This document shows, piece by piece, positions 19,784 through 29,856 of a stretch of 51,242 nucleotides of DNA; within the stretch, counting starts at the first letter, position 1; every line of letters starts with the position of its first letter. The stretch is taken from contig CAZNUA010000024.1 of NCBI GenBank assembly GCA_964576115.1, positions 1 through 51,242 on the forward strand, read 5' to 3'. A program made the translations under genes and the position numbers. The notes beneath the pieces are model-generated. The model was not told the origin of the DNA. It searched no databases and saw only the letters and a program-made list of their open reading frames with translations. This DNA comes from an uncultured Gemmatimonadota bacterium (GTDB lineage Bacteria; Blakebacterota; Blakebacteria; Blakebacterales; Blakebacteraceae).

Positions 19784-21171
19784 CCCGTTTCACCCGCATC
19801 GAAAGGATCCATTTCGTCGGGATCGGCGGAATCGGCATGAGCGGGATTGCGGAGCTGCTGCTGATGCAGGGCTACGAGATCAGCGGGTCCGACATGCGCC
19901 TGACCGATGTCACCCGCCGGCTCGGCGATCTGGGCGCCGTGATTTTCGAAGGTCACCGGGCCGAACAGGTCGACGGTGCCGACGCCGTGGTCTATTCCTC
20001 GGCGGTCAAGATCGACAATCCCGAGGTAATGCGCGGTTTCGAACGGAAAATCCCCGTCATCCGCCGGGCCGAGATGCTCGGGGAACTGATGCGGATGCAG
20101 TTCGGAATCGGTATCGCCGGCACCCACGGCAAGACCACCACCACCAGCCTGACCGGTCATCTGCTGACCGAAGCCGGTCTGGCCCCGACCCTCATCACCG
20201 GCGGCAAGGTCCACGAGCTGGGGACCTCGATGCAGCTCGGAACGGGGAACTACCTGATCGCCGAAGCCGATGAATTCGATCGTTCCTTCCTGCGTCTCTT
20301 CCCCACCGTGGCGGTCATCACCAATGTCGAGGCCGAACATCTCGACACCTACGGCGAACTCGCCTCGATGGTGGATGCCTTTGTGGAATTCGCCAACAAG
20401 GTTCCCTTCTACGGCGCCGTGGTGGTCTGTCTGGATGACAGCGGGGTGCGCGGCCTCATTCCGCGTATCGACCGGGCCCTGGTGACCTACGGACTGATGA
20501 CGCAGGCCGATGTACGGGCCGACGCCATCGTCTGCGAGGGGCTGGGGAGCCGCTTTACGGTAAGCTGGCGGGGGACCGAACTCGGTGAAGTCACCCTGAA
20601 GGTGCCGGGGGTTCACAATGTCCGCAACGCCCTGGCGGCGCTGGGGGTCGGACTGCACCTCGATCTGGATCCGGGCGTTCTCCTCAAGGCCCTGGGTTCG
20701 TTCGCCGGCGTGGCCCGGCGCTTCGATGTCCGGGCCGAGACGCACGGCGTGATGGTGGTCGACGACTACGCCCACCATCCCACCGAGGTCGCCGCCACCC
20801 TCGAAGGCGCCCGCAGCGGTTTCGACCGCCGCATCATCGCCGTCTTCCAGCCGCACCTCTATTCCCGAACCCGCGATTTCGCCGAGGAGTTCGGAGCCGC
20901 GCTGCTGAACTCGGACCTGCTCGTGGTGACCGATATCTACCCCGCCCGCGAAGAACCTATTCCCGGCGTGACCGGCGAGCTGGTCGCCCGGGCGGCCCGG
21001 GATCAGGGCCACCGGGACGTTCACTACCTGCCCGGGAACGAGGCCATCCCCGAGTGGCTGGCCGGACAGGTCCGGCAGGGCGATCTGGTCATCACCATGG
21101 GAGCGGGGGACATCTGGCAGGTCGCCCGGGCCTATGCCGATCGGCTCGAAAGCGAAGGGGTGCGGGGATGA
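19780..21171 (+). CDS. murC: UDP-N-acetylmuramate:L-alanine ligase MurC
   Basis: HFVGIGGIGMSGIA, AGTHGKTTTT, EADEFDRSFL, DDYAHHPTE, FQPHLYSRT, MGAGDI. Confidence 0.98.
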   Translation: MTRFTRIERIHFVGIGGIGMSGIAELLLMQGYEISGSDMRLTDVTRRLGDLGAVIFEGHRAEQVDGADAVVYSSAVKIDNPEVMRGFERKIPVIRRAEMLGELMRMQFGIGIAGTHGKTTTTSLTGHLLTEAGLAPTLITGGKVHELGTSMQLGTGNYLIAEADEFDRSFLRLFPTVAVITNVEAEHLDTYGELASMVDAFVEFANKVPFYGAVVVCLDDSGVRGLIPRIDRALVTYGLMTQADVRADAIVCEGLGSRFTVSWRGTELGEVTLKVPGVHNVRNALAALGVGLHLDLDPGVLLKALGSFAGVARRFDVRAETHGVMVVDDYAHHPTEVAATLEGARSGFDRRIIAVFQPHLYSRTRDFAEEFGAALLNSDLLVVTDIYPAREEPIPGVTGELVARAARDQGHRDVHYLPGNEAIPEWLAGQVRQGDLVITMGAGDIWQVARAYADRLESEGVRG

Positions 21172-22181
21172 AGATGAACCGGCCCCTGGAAGAGGTGCTG
21201 CGCCGCGAACGGGTCGGCGAAATCCGTCCCCGTGAACGACTCGGTGAATACACCACCATGGGGGTCGGCGGCGCCTGCCGGGCCCTGGTGCGTCCCCACG
21301 ACCTGCAGAGTCTGGAACGCCTGATCCGGACTCTGGGGGAGTTCGAGGTGCCCTACCTCGCGCTGGGAGGCGGCAGCAATCTGCTGGTGGCCGACGCCGG
21401 ATTCGACGGGGTCGTGATCGCCACCGACGCCCTGCAGCAGTTCGAGGAGCTCGACGATACCCGGCTGCGTCTGGGAGCGGGGGTGAACACCGCCCGGCTG
21501 GCCCGCTGGGCGGCCTGCCGCAATCTGTCCGGGCTCGAGGGACTGGCCGGTGTGCCCGGTACGGTCGGTGGGGCCTGCATCATGAACGCCGGCGGTCGCG
21601 GCGGCGATATCAGCCGCGTTCTGGTCAAAGTCACGGTCGTGACCGCCCCTCCCGAAGTCCACACCGTCGAGGTGCCCGCCGAAGCCCTGCGCCTGGCCTA
21701 CCGTTCCTCCTCGCTGCCCTCCGGATCGGTTATCGGGCAGGTGGAACTGGCCCTCGAAGCGGGCTCCGAACCGGGCTGTGTCGAGGACGAGATGCGCGAA
21801 TGCATGGAGCGGCGGCACGAAACCCAGCCGAAAGGGTACCGGAGCGCCGGGAGCGTGTTCCGCAACCCCGAGGGTGATTACGCCGGCCGGCTCATCGAGG
21901 CCTGCGGCCTGAAAGGCGCCCGCGAGGGATCCGCCCGGGTCAGCGAGGTTCACGCCAACTTCATTGTCAATACGGGCGGGGCGACGGCTGCGGAGGTCCG
22001 GGCTCTCATCGAACGGGTGCGCGAGACGGTTCGACGCCGGACGGGGATCGTGCTCGAGCTCGAGGTCATCCCGATCGGCTTCGCCGGCGACGAACTGCCG
22101 GCGATGGCCTGGACGCCGCCCCGGCATTCTTCCGGCTCCAGGTCGGCGGCGGACAGCTTGCAGAAAGGGGCGCAGCGGTGA
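21168..22181 (+). CDS. murB: UDP-N-acetylenolpyruvoylglucosamine reductase MurB
   Basis: LGGGSNLL, GLEGLAGVPGTVGGA..MNAG, SAGSVFRNP, HANFIVN, LELEV; ATGA overlap with murC. Confidence 0.95.
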   Translation: MKMNRPLEEVLRRERVGEIRPRERLGEYTTMGVGGACRALVRPHDLQSLERLIRTLGEFEVPYLALGGGSNLLVADAGFDGVVIATDALQQFEELDDTRLRLGAGVNTARLARWAACRNLSGLEGLAGVPGTVGGACIMNAGGRGGDISRVLVKVTVVTAPPEVHTVEVPAEALRLAYRSSSLPSGSVIGQVELALEAGSEPGCVEDEMRECMERRHETQPKGYRSAGSVFRNPEGDYAGRLIEACGLKGAREGSARVSEVHANFIVNTGGATAAEVRALIERVRETVRRRTGIVLELEVIPIGFAGDELPAMAWTPPRHSSGSRSAADSLQKGAQR

Positions 22182-23011
22182 GCACCGGTTCGAGCCGCAG
22201 AAAGCCCCGACGCCGCCGGCACGGGCGGCCTCTCGAACGGACCTCGGTCCGCCGCGGCCGTTCTGGGCGTCAGTTCGTCGGACGGCTCGGCGTCCTGGCC
22301 GGTACGCTCGTTCTGCTGGCTGCAGTCGGTCTCTTCGTCCGGGCCGCGCTGGCCGGCATTTCGGGGCGGGCTTCTTTCACCGTCCGGGAAGTACGGGTGG
22401 AGGGAACGCGCTACCTCGAGCCGGCCGAACTGCTTGCCCTGGCCCGGCCCGAGAGCCTGCTCGCCGGCCAGATCGGAGCCGCCGAGCTCGAGTTGCTCGG
22501 GGAGCACATTGCCGCCCATCCACTCGTCGAGAGGGTGGCCGTACGCCGTTCCCTGCCCGCTGCGGTCGTCGTGGCGGTGACCGAGCGCGTTCCGGTGGCC
22601 TTTCTGGCCGGTCGTCCGTTGGCCGGAGTCGATCTCGACGGACGGGTGTTGCCAGAGATCGAACCCTCGCGTTACGGAGCTCTGCCGTTCATCACGGGGC
22701 TGCCCGAGGCCGAAGAGCTGCGCAGCGAAGCTCTCGGTCGCAGCGTTCGTCTTCTCCGGGCCCTGGAAGAAAAAGCGCCCCGGCTGCTCGACACTGTCTC
22801 CGAGGTCCGGGCGGGACCGGATGCGGAGATGATGCTGATTCTGAGTAACGATGCGGTCACCGTCCGGCTCTCGCAGGCGACTCTGCCGGGAGTGCTGCCG
22901 CTCGTCAACGCCCTGGTCGAAGAAGGGCGCCGGCGGCATGCGCCTCTGGCCGAGGTGGACCTGCGTTTCGCCGGGACGGTCATCTACCGAGAGAGGAAAG
23001 GGGGCGGGTAG
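22178..23011 (+). CDS. ftsQ: cell division protein FtsQ/DivIB
   Basis: Basic N-tail, one TM helix, POTRA-like FTVREVRVEG...HPLVERVAVRRSLP...VTERVPVA, C-terminal VDLRF; upstream of ftsA. Confidence 0.9.
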   Translation: MSTGSSRRKPRRRRHGRPLERTSVRRGRSGRQFVGRLGVLAGTLVLLAAVGLFVRAALAGISGRASFTVREVRVEGTRYLEPAELLALARPESLLAGQIGAAELELLGEHIAAHPLVERVAVRRSLPAAVVVAVTERVPVAFLAGRPLAGVDLDGRVLPEIEPSRYGALPFITGLPEAEELRSEALGRSVRLLRALEEKAPRLLDTVSEVRAGPDAEMMLILSNDAVTVRLSQATLPGVLPLVNALVEEGRRRHAPLAEVDLRFAGTVIYRERKGGG

Positions 23012-23015
23012 GCCC

Positions 23016-24254
23016 ATGGCCGGTCAGAACGTACTCGCCGGACTGGATATCGGCACCACCAAGATCGTGGCTCTGATCGCGGAACCGGAAGACGACGGGT
23101 CACTGCGCGTCATCGGGGTCGGCAAGAGCCCCTCGCTCGGACTGCGCCGCGGGGTAGTCGTCAACCTGGAAAAAACGATCCGCAGCATCGAGGACGCCCT
23201 CGATGCCGCCGAGCGGCAGGCCGGTCTGGAGATCGGCTCGGTCTTCGCCGGAATCGCCGGCGATCACATCCGCAGTATCAATTCCCGGGGCGTGATCGCG
23301 GTGAGCCGCAAGGGCAACGAAATCACCCAGGCCGATGTCGACCGGGTCATCGAAGCGGCCCGCGCCATCGCCCTGCCCATGGACCGCGAGATCATCCATG
23401 TCCTGCCCCAGGAGTTCATCGTGGACGACCAGCCGGGGATCAAGGACCCGGTCGGCATGGCGGGGGTTCGGCTCGAGGGTGAAATCCACATCATCACCGG
23501 GGCGGTCACCAGCGCGCAGAACATCTACAAGAGCGTGCAGCGGGCCGGGGTCGAGGTCAGCGACCTGGTCCTGCAGCCGCTGGCGACCTCGTACGCGGTC
23601 CTGAGCGAGGACGAGAAGGAACTCGGCGTGGCGGTGCTCGACCTGGGCGGCGGTACGGCCGACCTGGCGGTTTTCTATGACGGCTCGATCCGCCACACGG
23701 CGGTCATCGGGCTGGGGGGCGAGAACGTCACCAACGATGTCGCCATCGGCCTGCGTACGCCGCGCGATCAGGCCGAACGGATAAAAATCGAACACGGAGT
23801 CAGCCTGCAGGCGATGGTCGAAGCCGACGAGATCATCGAAGTCCCCGGGGTGGGGGGGCGCGATCCCCGGGAAGTCTCGCGCGATGTGCTGGCCGCGATC
23901 ATCGAACCGCGCATGGAGGAGATCTTCGCCCTGACCCTGCGGGAAATCCAGCGTTCGGAGTACATGGATCTGCTCACCACCGGACTGGTCCTGACCGGCG
24001 GAGGAGCGATGCTCGACGGTGCGGTCGAGCTGGCCGAGCAGGTGTTCGACATGCCGGTCAAGCTCGGTCTGCCGTCGGGAATCGAAGGACTGTCAGAGGA
24101 AGTCGCAACCCCCATGTTCGCGACCGCGGTGGGGTTGCTGCAGTACGCCGTGAAAGAGGGACAGGGACGGGGCAGAGGATTCCGTTCCACCGGCGGCGGG
24201 CTCTTCGAATCGGTGCTGGCCCGCATGCGCAGGTGGATCGATGAGTTCTTCTAG
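23016..24254 (+). CDS. ftsA: cell division protein FtsA
   Basis: GLDIGTTKI, GLRRGVVVN, DLGGGT, LTGGGA, ATAVGLL, amphipathic C-terminal helix MRRWIDEFF. Confidence 0.98.
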   Translation: MAGQNVLAGLDIGTTKIVALIAEPEDDGSLRVIGVGKSPSLGLRRGVVVNLEKTIRSIEDALDAAERQAGLEIGSVFAGIAGDHIRSINSRGVIAVSRKGNEITQADVDRVIEAARAIALPMDREIIHVLPQEFIVDDQPGIKDPVGMAGVRLEGEIHIITGAVTSAQNIYKSVQRAGVEVSDLVLQPLATSYAVLSEDEKELGVAVLDLGGGTADLAVFYDGSIRHTAVIGLGGENVTNDVAIGLRTPRDQAERIKIEHGVSLQAMVEADEIIEVPGVGGRDPREVSRDVLAAIIEPRMEEIFALTLREIQRSEYMDLLTTGLVLTGGGAMLDGAVELAEQVFDMPVKLGLPSGIEGLSEEVATPMFATAVGLLQYAVKEGQGRGRGFRSTGGGLFESVLARMRRWIDEFF

Positions 24255-24308
24255 GCAACACACAGCAAGGGGATACCGGCAGTGTCTCGTAAAGCGGGAG
24301 GTACACAG

Positions 24309-25505
24309 ATGACATTGACACTGGGACTGGCGAACGAAGGCGGCGCCATCATGAAAGTCCTGGGCGTCGGCGGAGCCGGCGGGAACGCCGTGAACCGCAT
24401 GATCAGCGCCGGACTGTCAGGAGTGGAGTTCGTCGCCGTGAATACCGATTCGCAGGCGCTGGACATCTGCAAGGCCGAACAGAAGGTCCAGATCGGCAAC
24501 AATCTGACCAAGGGGCTCGGCGCGGGGGCCAATCCCGAGATCGGACGCCGCGCCGCCGAGGAAGATCGCGACGTCATCCACGATGTGGTGGCCGGTGCCG
24601 ATATGGTCTTCGTGACCGGCGGCATGGGCGGCGGCACCGGCAGCGGGGCTGCCCCGGTCGTGGCCGAAGTCGCCCGGGAACAGGGCGCCCTGACGGTGGC
24701 GGTCGTGACCAAACCCTTCCAGTTCGAGGGGGTCAAGCGTTTCCAGCGGGCCGAGGAGGGGATCAGGAACCTCAAGGAGTGCGTCGACACGCTGATCGTG
24801 ATTCCCAACCAGCGCCTGCTGGCCATCACGAGCGATGACACCCCTCTCACCGAGGCTTTCCGGATTGCCGACGACATCCTGCTGCACGCCACCCGGGGGA
24901 TCAGCGATCTCATCACCGTGCCGGGACTCATCAACCTCGATTTCGCCGACGTGCGTACGGTCATGATGGAGATGGGCGATGCCCTGATGGGCACCGGCGA
25001 GGCTACCGGCGAGCACCGGGCCATGGAGGCCGCCACGCAGGCGATCTCCTCGCCCCTGCTCGAAGAGGTCTCGATCGACGGGGCCACCGGGCTGCTGGTG
25101 AACATCACCGGCGGTCCGAGTATGACCCTGACCGAGGTGAACGAGGCCACCCAGATGGTCAACGAGTCGGCGGGCAGCGATGCCAACGTGATCTTCGGGG
25201 CGGTGATCGACGAACGGATCGGTGACTGTCTGCGGGTGACGGTCATCGCCACCGGGCTGGGCGGTTCGGGCGGGCGTTCGCGCGGCCGGCCGGTTCCGCA
25301 GACCGAAGAAGAAGAGAGCGGCAAGGTGGTTGTCTTTCCCACCCAGGGGCGCGACCACGCCCAGGAGATCCCGGCCCACCAGCGGGGGAACAACATCTCC
25401 GCTCAAGCGGCGCGCGAGCAGATCGTCATCGAGAAGGGGAAGATCAAGTCGTTCACGGCCGACGATCTCGAGATTCCCACCTTCCTGCGCAAGCAGATGG
25501 ACTGA
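24309..25505 (+). CDS. ftsZ: cell division protein FtsZ
   Basis: [22 protein letters not shown] tubulin signature, INLDFADV, C-terminal [22 protein letters not shown]. Confidence 0.99.
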   Translation: MTLTLGLANEGGAIMKVLGVGGAGGNAVNRMISAGLSGVEFVAVNTDSQALDICKAEQKVQIGNNLTKGLGAGANPEIGRRAAEEDRDVIHDVVAGADMVFVTGGMGGGTGSGAAPVVAEVAREQGALTVAVVTKPFQFEGVKRFQRAEEGIRNLKECVDTLIVIPNQRLLAITSDDTPLTEAFRIADDILLHATRGISDLITVPGLINLDFADVRTVMMEMGDALMGTGEATGEHRAMEAATQAISSPLLEEVSIDGATGLLVNITGGPSMTLTEVNEATQMVNESAGSDANVIFGAVIDERIGDCLRVTVIATGLGGSGGRSRGRPVPQTEEEESGKVVVFPTQGRDHAQEIPAHQRGNNISAQAAREQIVIEKGKIKSFTADDLEIPTFLRKQMD

Positions 25506-25555
25506 CGGTCCGGTTTCACCCAGCGGCCGCCCGGCTACCGGCGGCCCCTGACCGC

Positions 25556-25606
25556 ACGGGGTGCCCCCCATCCGTCCTCCCGCGGACGGGGGCACCCCGT
25601 CCTTTT
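25556..25606. terminator. stem-loop between convergent ftsZ and ADOP permease genes (likely terminator)
   Basis: 13-bp perfect stem ACGGGGTGCCCCC (25556-25568)/GGGGGCACCCCGT (25588-25600) followed by CCTTTT. Confidence 0.7.
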
Positions 25607-25613
25607 CCGGGGC

Positions 25614-28301
25614 TCAGTCGTTTCTCAGAACCCTCGCCGGATCGGTGCGGAAGGCTCTGCAGGAGGGAAGCAGACAGGCCAGCAGGGCCATCAGGATGAT
25701 CAGGACCGTGGCCCCGACGAAGGTGATCGGGTCGGTAGGTGAGAGCCCGAAGAGAAGACTGTTCAGAAGTCTGCTCAATCCCAGGGCGGCGGCCACGCCG
25801 ATCCCGATCCCGGCGAAGATCATCGGCAGCATCTCCCGCCCCAGGGAACGCAGAATGTCGGACGTTCCGGCTCCCAGGGCCATCCGGACGCCGAATTCCC
25901 GGGCCCGGCGGGAAACGGCGTACGACATCACGCCGTAGATCCCGATCAGGGCCAGCAGCAGGGCCAGGGCGGCAAAGATCGAGATCAGCAGGCTCCGGAA
26001 GGCCGGCTGGGCGGTCGCCGCATCGGTGATTTCCTGCATCGTGGCCACTCCGGTGACCGGTTGATCGGCATCGATCCCGGTGATGACGTCCTGAACGGCC
26101 CTTTCACTCAGGTGGGCATCGCCGGTGGTGTGGATCACCAGCGCGTGTCGGGTGAGCGGCATCTGGGTATACGGAATGTAGAGCTCGGCATCGTCACCAT
26201 CGGTGAGACCGTAGACCCTGACATCGTCGATGATTCCCACAATCTGCCGGGTCACAGCCGGGCCCTGTTCGTACACGCCGGGTTCCAGGGTTGGAAGGGA
26301 TACGCTGCGTCCCACAACATCGCCTTCAGGCATGAATCGGGAAACGAAACGCTCGTTCACGATGGCAACCGGAGTGGAGAATTCGGTGTCTCCGTCGTTG
26401 AAATCCCGGCCCTGCCGGATCTCGATCCCCATGGTCTCGAAGTAGTCGGAGCTGATGAGCTGGATGTTGGGGGCGCCCCCCCGGCGGTCTTCATCTCCTG
26501 CATCAACCCCGACAATCCTGACCGGCAGGGCCAGACTCGAGCCCTGCAGCGGCAAGGTGCGGGTACAAGCGGCCGATTCCACTCCCGGGAGGGCCTCGAT
26601 ACCCGCCAGTACCTGACGGTAGAAGGATCTGATCCGGTCGGCCTCGGCGTATTCAGGAGTCGGCAGGTCGATCTGCATGGTCAGAAGGTTCGAACTGCGA
26701 AATCCGGTCTCGATCCGGTTGAGCTGCACCAGGGTGCGGATCAGCAGAACCGATCCGATCAGCAGGACCAGAGCCAGGGAGATCTCGGTGATCACCTGCG
26801 CGCGCAGAAAGCGCCGCTGGCGGCGGGTACCGGATTCTCCTCGTCCATCGTCTTTCAGTATCTGACTGATATTCAGGCGGGTAACCCGCCAGGCCGGTAT
26901 GAGACCGGAGAGCAGGGTCGTCACTCCGATGACCGCCACCGTGAATCCGAGCACGCCGGTATCGAGCCGCAGAGCGGCGGTGGCCGGCAGATTCACAGCC
27001 GGAAAAACGGCCGGGAAGAGCCGTACCAACCAGCCGGCTCCGGCGATTGCCATCGCCCCGCTGACGGTGACCAGCAGCAGGTGCTCGGTCACGAGCTGCC
27101 TGATCAACCGGCTCCGGCCGGCCCCCAGACTGCTGCGGACGGCCAGCTCGACTCGCCGGTTCACGGCGCGGGCCAGCAGCAGGTTCGACACGTTCACGCA
27201 GGCGATCAGGAGGACCAGACCGACCGCAACGGTCAGGATGATGAGCGAAGCGTGCAGGCCGGGTTGAACCGGCCAGTCCCGGAGCGGTTCGATCCGGACC
27301 CCCCAGTCTTCCTTGTAGGCCGGATTGAGGGGTAGGAGGGTGGCCATGATCCGTTTCATGTCGGCCCGGGCTTGCTCCGGGGTGACATGCTCCTTCAATG
27401 ACCCGACGACCTGCATGAAGTGGAACCGGCGGGAGACCTGTTCGGGATCGAAGGCCAGGGGAGTCCAGAGCTGGTATGAGCTGGACCGGAAACGGAAATC
27501 GGCCGGCAGGATCCCGATGACGGTGTGCGGGACGCCGTTGAGGGTGATCGATCGCCCCGGCAGGGTGGGATCGGATCCGTACCGGGTGGTCCAGAGGGTG
27601 TGACTCAGGACGACGACCCGGTCACGGCCCGGCAGTTCCTCTTCAGCGAGGAAGGTCCGGCCGATGAGCGGTTCGATGCCCAGCATCGCGAAGAAATCGG
27701 CTGAAACGCGGCCCCCCCGGTATTCTTCCGGGTGCTGCGTCCCGGTCACGATGAAACGGGAACCGGCGAAGGCGCACAGGTGGTCGAAGACCGTATTCTC
27801 CTCCCGCCAGTCCAGGAAATTGGCCGGCGCCACGTTGTTCCGGCTGCCGCCGGTCGGATCCTCCCACACCCAGACGAGACGATCGGCGTGCGAATAGGGA
27901 AGGGGGCGCAGGAGCACGGCGTTCAGGATCGTGAAGATGGTGGTATTGGCGCCGATCCCCAGGGTAAGAGTCACCACCACGACCGTGGTGAAGAAAGGCG
28001 TGCGGCGGAACATCCGTAAGGCGTACTGCAGATCGCCGCGCAGGGAGTTCAGGGTTCCGTGTCGATGCCGGCGTTCCAGTTCCAACTCCCGGTTCCGGCA
28101 GCACCGGGTGGAAATAGACTCGAGATCCCCGAAGCGGCGCAGGGCCTCCCGCCGCGCCTGCTCGGCGCTCAAGCCCTCCCGCTCGAGGTCGCGGGTGCGC
28201 AGTTCGAGATAGAAGTCAAACTCATCCCGCACCTCGCTCTCGACATCGGGGGTGTAATCTGACCTGTGAAAACAGCGCCGGATGCGATCGGGCAGCGACA
28301 T
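25614..28301 (-). CDS. ADOP-type (duplicated MacB_PCD/FtsX) ABC transporter permease
   Basis: E..FYLELR...GLS.EQARREALRRFG prefix, DLQYALR...P.FT...TLTLGIGANT.IF, LLIACVNVSNLLLARA..R..ELAVR.SLGAGR.RLIRQL, second half YGVMSY.V.RR.REFGVRMALGA. Confidence 0.92.
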   Translation of the reverse strand: MSLPDRIRRCFHRSDYTPDVESEVRDEFDFYLELRTRDLEREGLSAEQARREALRRFGDLESISTRCCRNRELELERRHRHGTLNSLRGDLQYALRMFRRTPFFTTVVVVTLTLGIGANTTIFTILNAVLLRPLPYSHADRLVWVWEDPTGGSRNNVAPANFLDWREENTVFDHLCAFAGSRFIVTGTQHPEEYRGGRVSADFFAMLGIEPLIGRTFLAEEELPGRDRVVVLSHTLWTTRYGSDPTLPGRSITLNGVPHTVIGILPADFRFRSSSYQLWTPLAFDPEQVSRRFHFMQVVGSLKEHVTPEQARADMKRIMATLLPLNPAYKEDWGVRIEPLRDWPVQPGLHASLIILTVAVGLVLLIACVNVSNLLLARAVNRRVELAVRSSLGAGRSRLIRQLVTEHLLLVTVSGAMAIAGAGWLVRLFPAVFPAVNLPATAALRLDTGVLGFTVAVIGVTTLLSGLIPAWRVTRLNISQILKDDGRGESGTRRQRRFLRAQVITEISLALVLLIGSVLLIRTLVQLNRIETGFRSSNLLTMQIDLPTPEYAEADRIRSFYRQVLAGIEALPGVESAACTRTLPLQGSSLALPVRIVGVDAGDEDRRGGAPNIQLISSDYFETMGIEIRQGRDFNDGDTEFSTPVAIVNERFVSRFMPEGDVVGRSVSLPTLEPGVYEQGPAVTRQIVGIIDDVRVYGLTDGDDAELYIPYTQMPLTRHALVIHTTGDAHLSERAVQDVITGIDADQPVTGVATMQEITDAATAQPAFRSLLISIFAALALLLALIGIYGVMSYAVSRRAREFGVRMALGAGTSDILRSLGREMLPMIFAGIGIGVAAALGLSRLLNSLLFGLSPTDPITFVGATVLIILMALLACLLPSCRAFRTDPARVLRND

Positions 28302-28307
28302 GACGGC

Positions 28308-28640
28308 TCAGGCTCCGCTGAGGTCGAGCCGCGCTCTCACGGCCCGTACATGTTCCCGCCAGCGTACCTTTTCGGCTTCGAGATGTTTCCGTCCTCTGGC
28401 GGTCAGATGGTAGACTTTCGCCCGGCGCCCGGTGTCGGTGACACCCCATTCCGCGGTCAGGAATCCCTTGCCGGCCAGCCGGTAGAGGGCCAGGTAGAGC
28501 GCGCCTTCCTCCACGTTGAGAAGTTCGGGATCGCGATGTGAGATCCAGCGCCGAACGGCATACCCGTGCCGTGGGGTATCGGCCACGGCGCCCAGAATCA
28601 GCAGATCGAGGGTGCCGGTGAAGAGGTCGCTGCCGCTCAT
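28308..28640 (-). CDS. PadR family transcriptional regulator (acidobacterial type)
   Basis: GTLDLLIL...PRHGY...VEEGALYLALYRL...GFLTAEWG...RRAKVYHLT..GRK.L; directly upstream of the ADOP permease. Confidence 0.93.
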   Translation of the reverse strand: MSGSDLFTGTLDLLILGAVADTPRHGYAVRRWISHRDPELLNVEEGALYLALYRLAGKGFLTAEWGVTDTGRRAKVYHLTARGRKHLEAEKVRWREHVRAVRARLDLSGA

Positions 28641-28680
28641 GTCGTTTCCGTTCCCTTCCCGGCGGAACCGGGGTCATGGG

Positions 28681-28714
28681 AGAATATCATCCCATACCTT
28701 TTTCAAAAGAGTAT
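28681..28714 (-). promoter_or_regulatory. putative padR promoter (extended -10) and imperfect palindromic operator
   Basis: Minus strand TG-A-TATTCT at 28689-28681; ATACCTTTTTCAAAAGAGTAT (28694-28714) imperfect inverted repeat in an AT-rich island. Confidence 0.4.
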
Positions 28715-28752
28715 TCTGAAATACGTTGGCGGCAGGCTCGTTGTTTCATTGG

Positions 28753-28781
28753 TGGACAGGGGGGGTGGGTCCGCGTACTCT
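28753..28781 (+). promoter_or_regulatory. putative sigma70 promoter of the metal transporter gene
   Basis: TGGACA (28753-28758), 17 bp, TACTCT (28776-28781), followed by a GC-rich hairpin at about 28789-28815. Confidence 0.45.
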
Positions 28782-28834
28782 CAATCGCCCCGGTTTCCCC
28801 TGTCGGGGGACCGGGTTGATAAAGGATGAATCCG

Positions 28835-29742
28835 GTGGAGAACGAGATCACAGTCCTGGCCGCCACGGCGGCCTCGATCGGCTTCCTGCACACTCTGTTC
28901 GGTCCCGACCACTACCTGCCCTTCATCGTCATGAGCCGGGCCCGGGGCTGGTCGCTGGCGAAAACCGCCTGGATCACGGTGCTCTGCGGAGTGGGGCACG
29001 TGCTCGGATCGGTCGTGCTCGGTCTGGTGGGAGTGGGGATCGGGATCGCGGTTTTCCGGCTCGAGTCCCTCGAGGCGGTACGCGGCAACCTGGCCGGCTG
29101 GGCCCTGATCGTCTTCGGATTCGCCTATGCCGTCTGGGGGATCCGGGCCGCGGTGCGGCACCGGCCCCACCGGCACCTCCATCTGCATGCCGAAGACGGG
29201 GAACACGGCCACGACGACGAACNNNNNNNNNNNNNNNNNNNNNNNNNNNNNNNNNNNNNNNNNNNNNNNNNNNNNNNNNNNNNNNNNNNNNNNNNNNNNN
29301 NNNNNNNNNNNNNNNNNNNNNNCACCGGCACCTCCATCTGCATGCCGAAGACGGGGAACACGGCCACGACGACGAACACGAACACGGGCACGAGCCCGGG
29401 CACGAACACGAACACATCCACATCGGAGTCCACAGCCACGCTCATGACCTCTCGGGGAAGAAACTCACCCCCTGGGTTCTCTTCGTCATCTTCGTGCTCG
29501 GCCCCTGCGAGCCGCTGATCCCGATTCTCATGTACCCCGCCGCCCGTCAGAGCACGGCCGGCTTGGTCTTCGTCACCGCGGTTTTCGGGATCGTCACGAT
29601 CGCGACCATGCTTACGGTCGTGCTGCTGGCTTCCTGGGGGATCGGCTTCGCCCGTCTGGGGCGGCTGGAACGGTACACCCACGCCCTGGCCGGAGCCGCC
29701 ATTCTCCTCTCCGGGGTCGCCATCCAGTTCCTCGGCCTGTAA
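28835..29742 (+). CDS. His-rich membrane protein, UreH/NiCoT-like (DsbD_2/TauE clan) putative nickel/cobalt transporter; interrupted by an assembly gap
   Basis: IGFLHTLFGPDHYLPF, CGVGHVLGS, central HRPHRHLHLH...HEHGHEPGHEHEHIH...HSHAH loop, FVLGPCEPLIP, LERYTHALAG; GTG 28835 with AAGGA RBS (alternative ATG 28826); halves join in frame once the gap and 55-bp duplicate are removed. Confidence 0.8.
29223..29322. other. scaffold gap (100 N) flanked by an identical 55-bp sequence
   Basis: 29168-29222 equals 29323-29377 (CACCGGCACCTCC...GACGACGAAC). Confidence 0.95.
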
Positions 29743-29776
29743 GCGGGCAGGGGCCCGGATCGGATCAGCAGAGTCG

Positions 29777-29806
29777 TTGACCGGGATTCCCCCGGCGGGG
29801 TAGGAT
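29777..29806 (+). promoter_or_regulatory. putative sigma70 promoter of the DoxX/oxidoreductase operon
   Basis: TTGACC (29777-29782), 18 bp, TAGGAT (29801-29806). Confidence 0.45.
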
Positions 29807-29856
29807 GGCCTTCGAGCCCACACGGCGTGCGGCCCAACAGCGAAGGCAGGTTTCCC

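Noticed and set aside
22178-25505. Absence of ddl and lpxC from the dcw cluster
   Set aside because: Common variation in dcw gene order; these genes may lie elsewhere in the genome
28784-28820. NiCo riboswitch upstream of the His-rich transporter
   Set aside because: Only a single hairpin in a leader of about 50 nt; too short for the four-way-junction NiCo aptamer
28826-29742. Pseudogene or programmed frameshift in the metal transporter
   Set aside because: The frame change is explained exactly by the arbitrary 100-N gap plus the duplicated 55-mer
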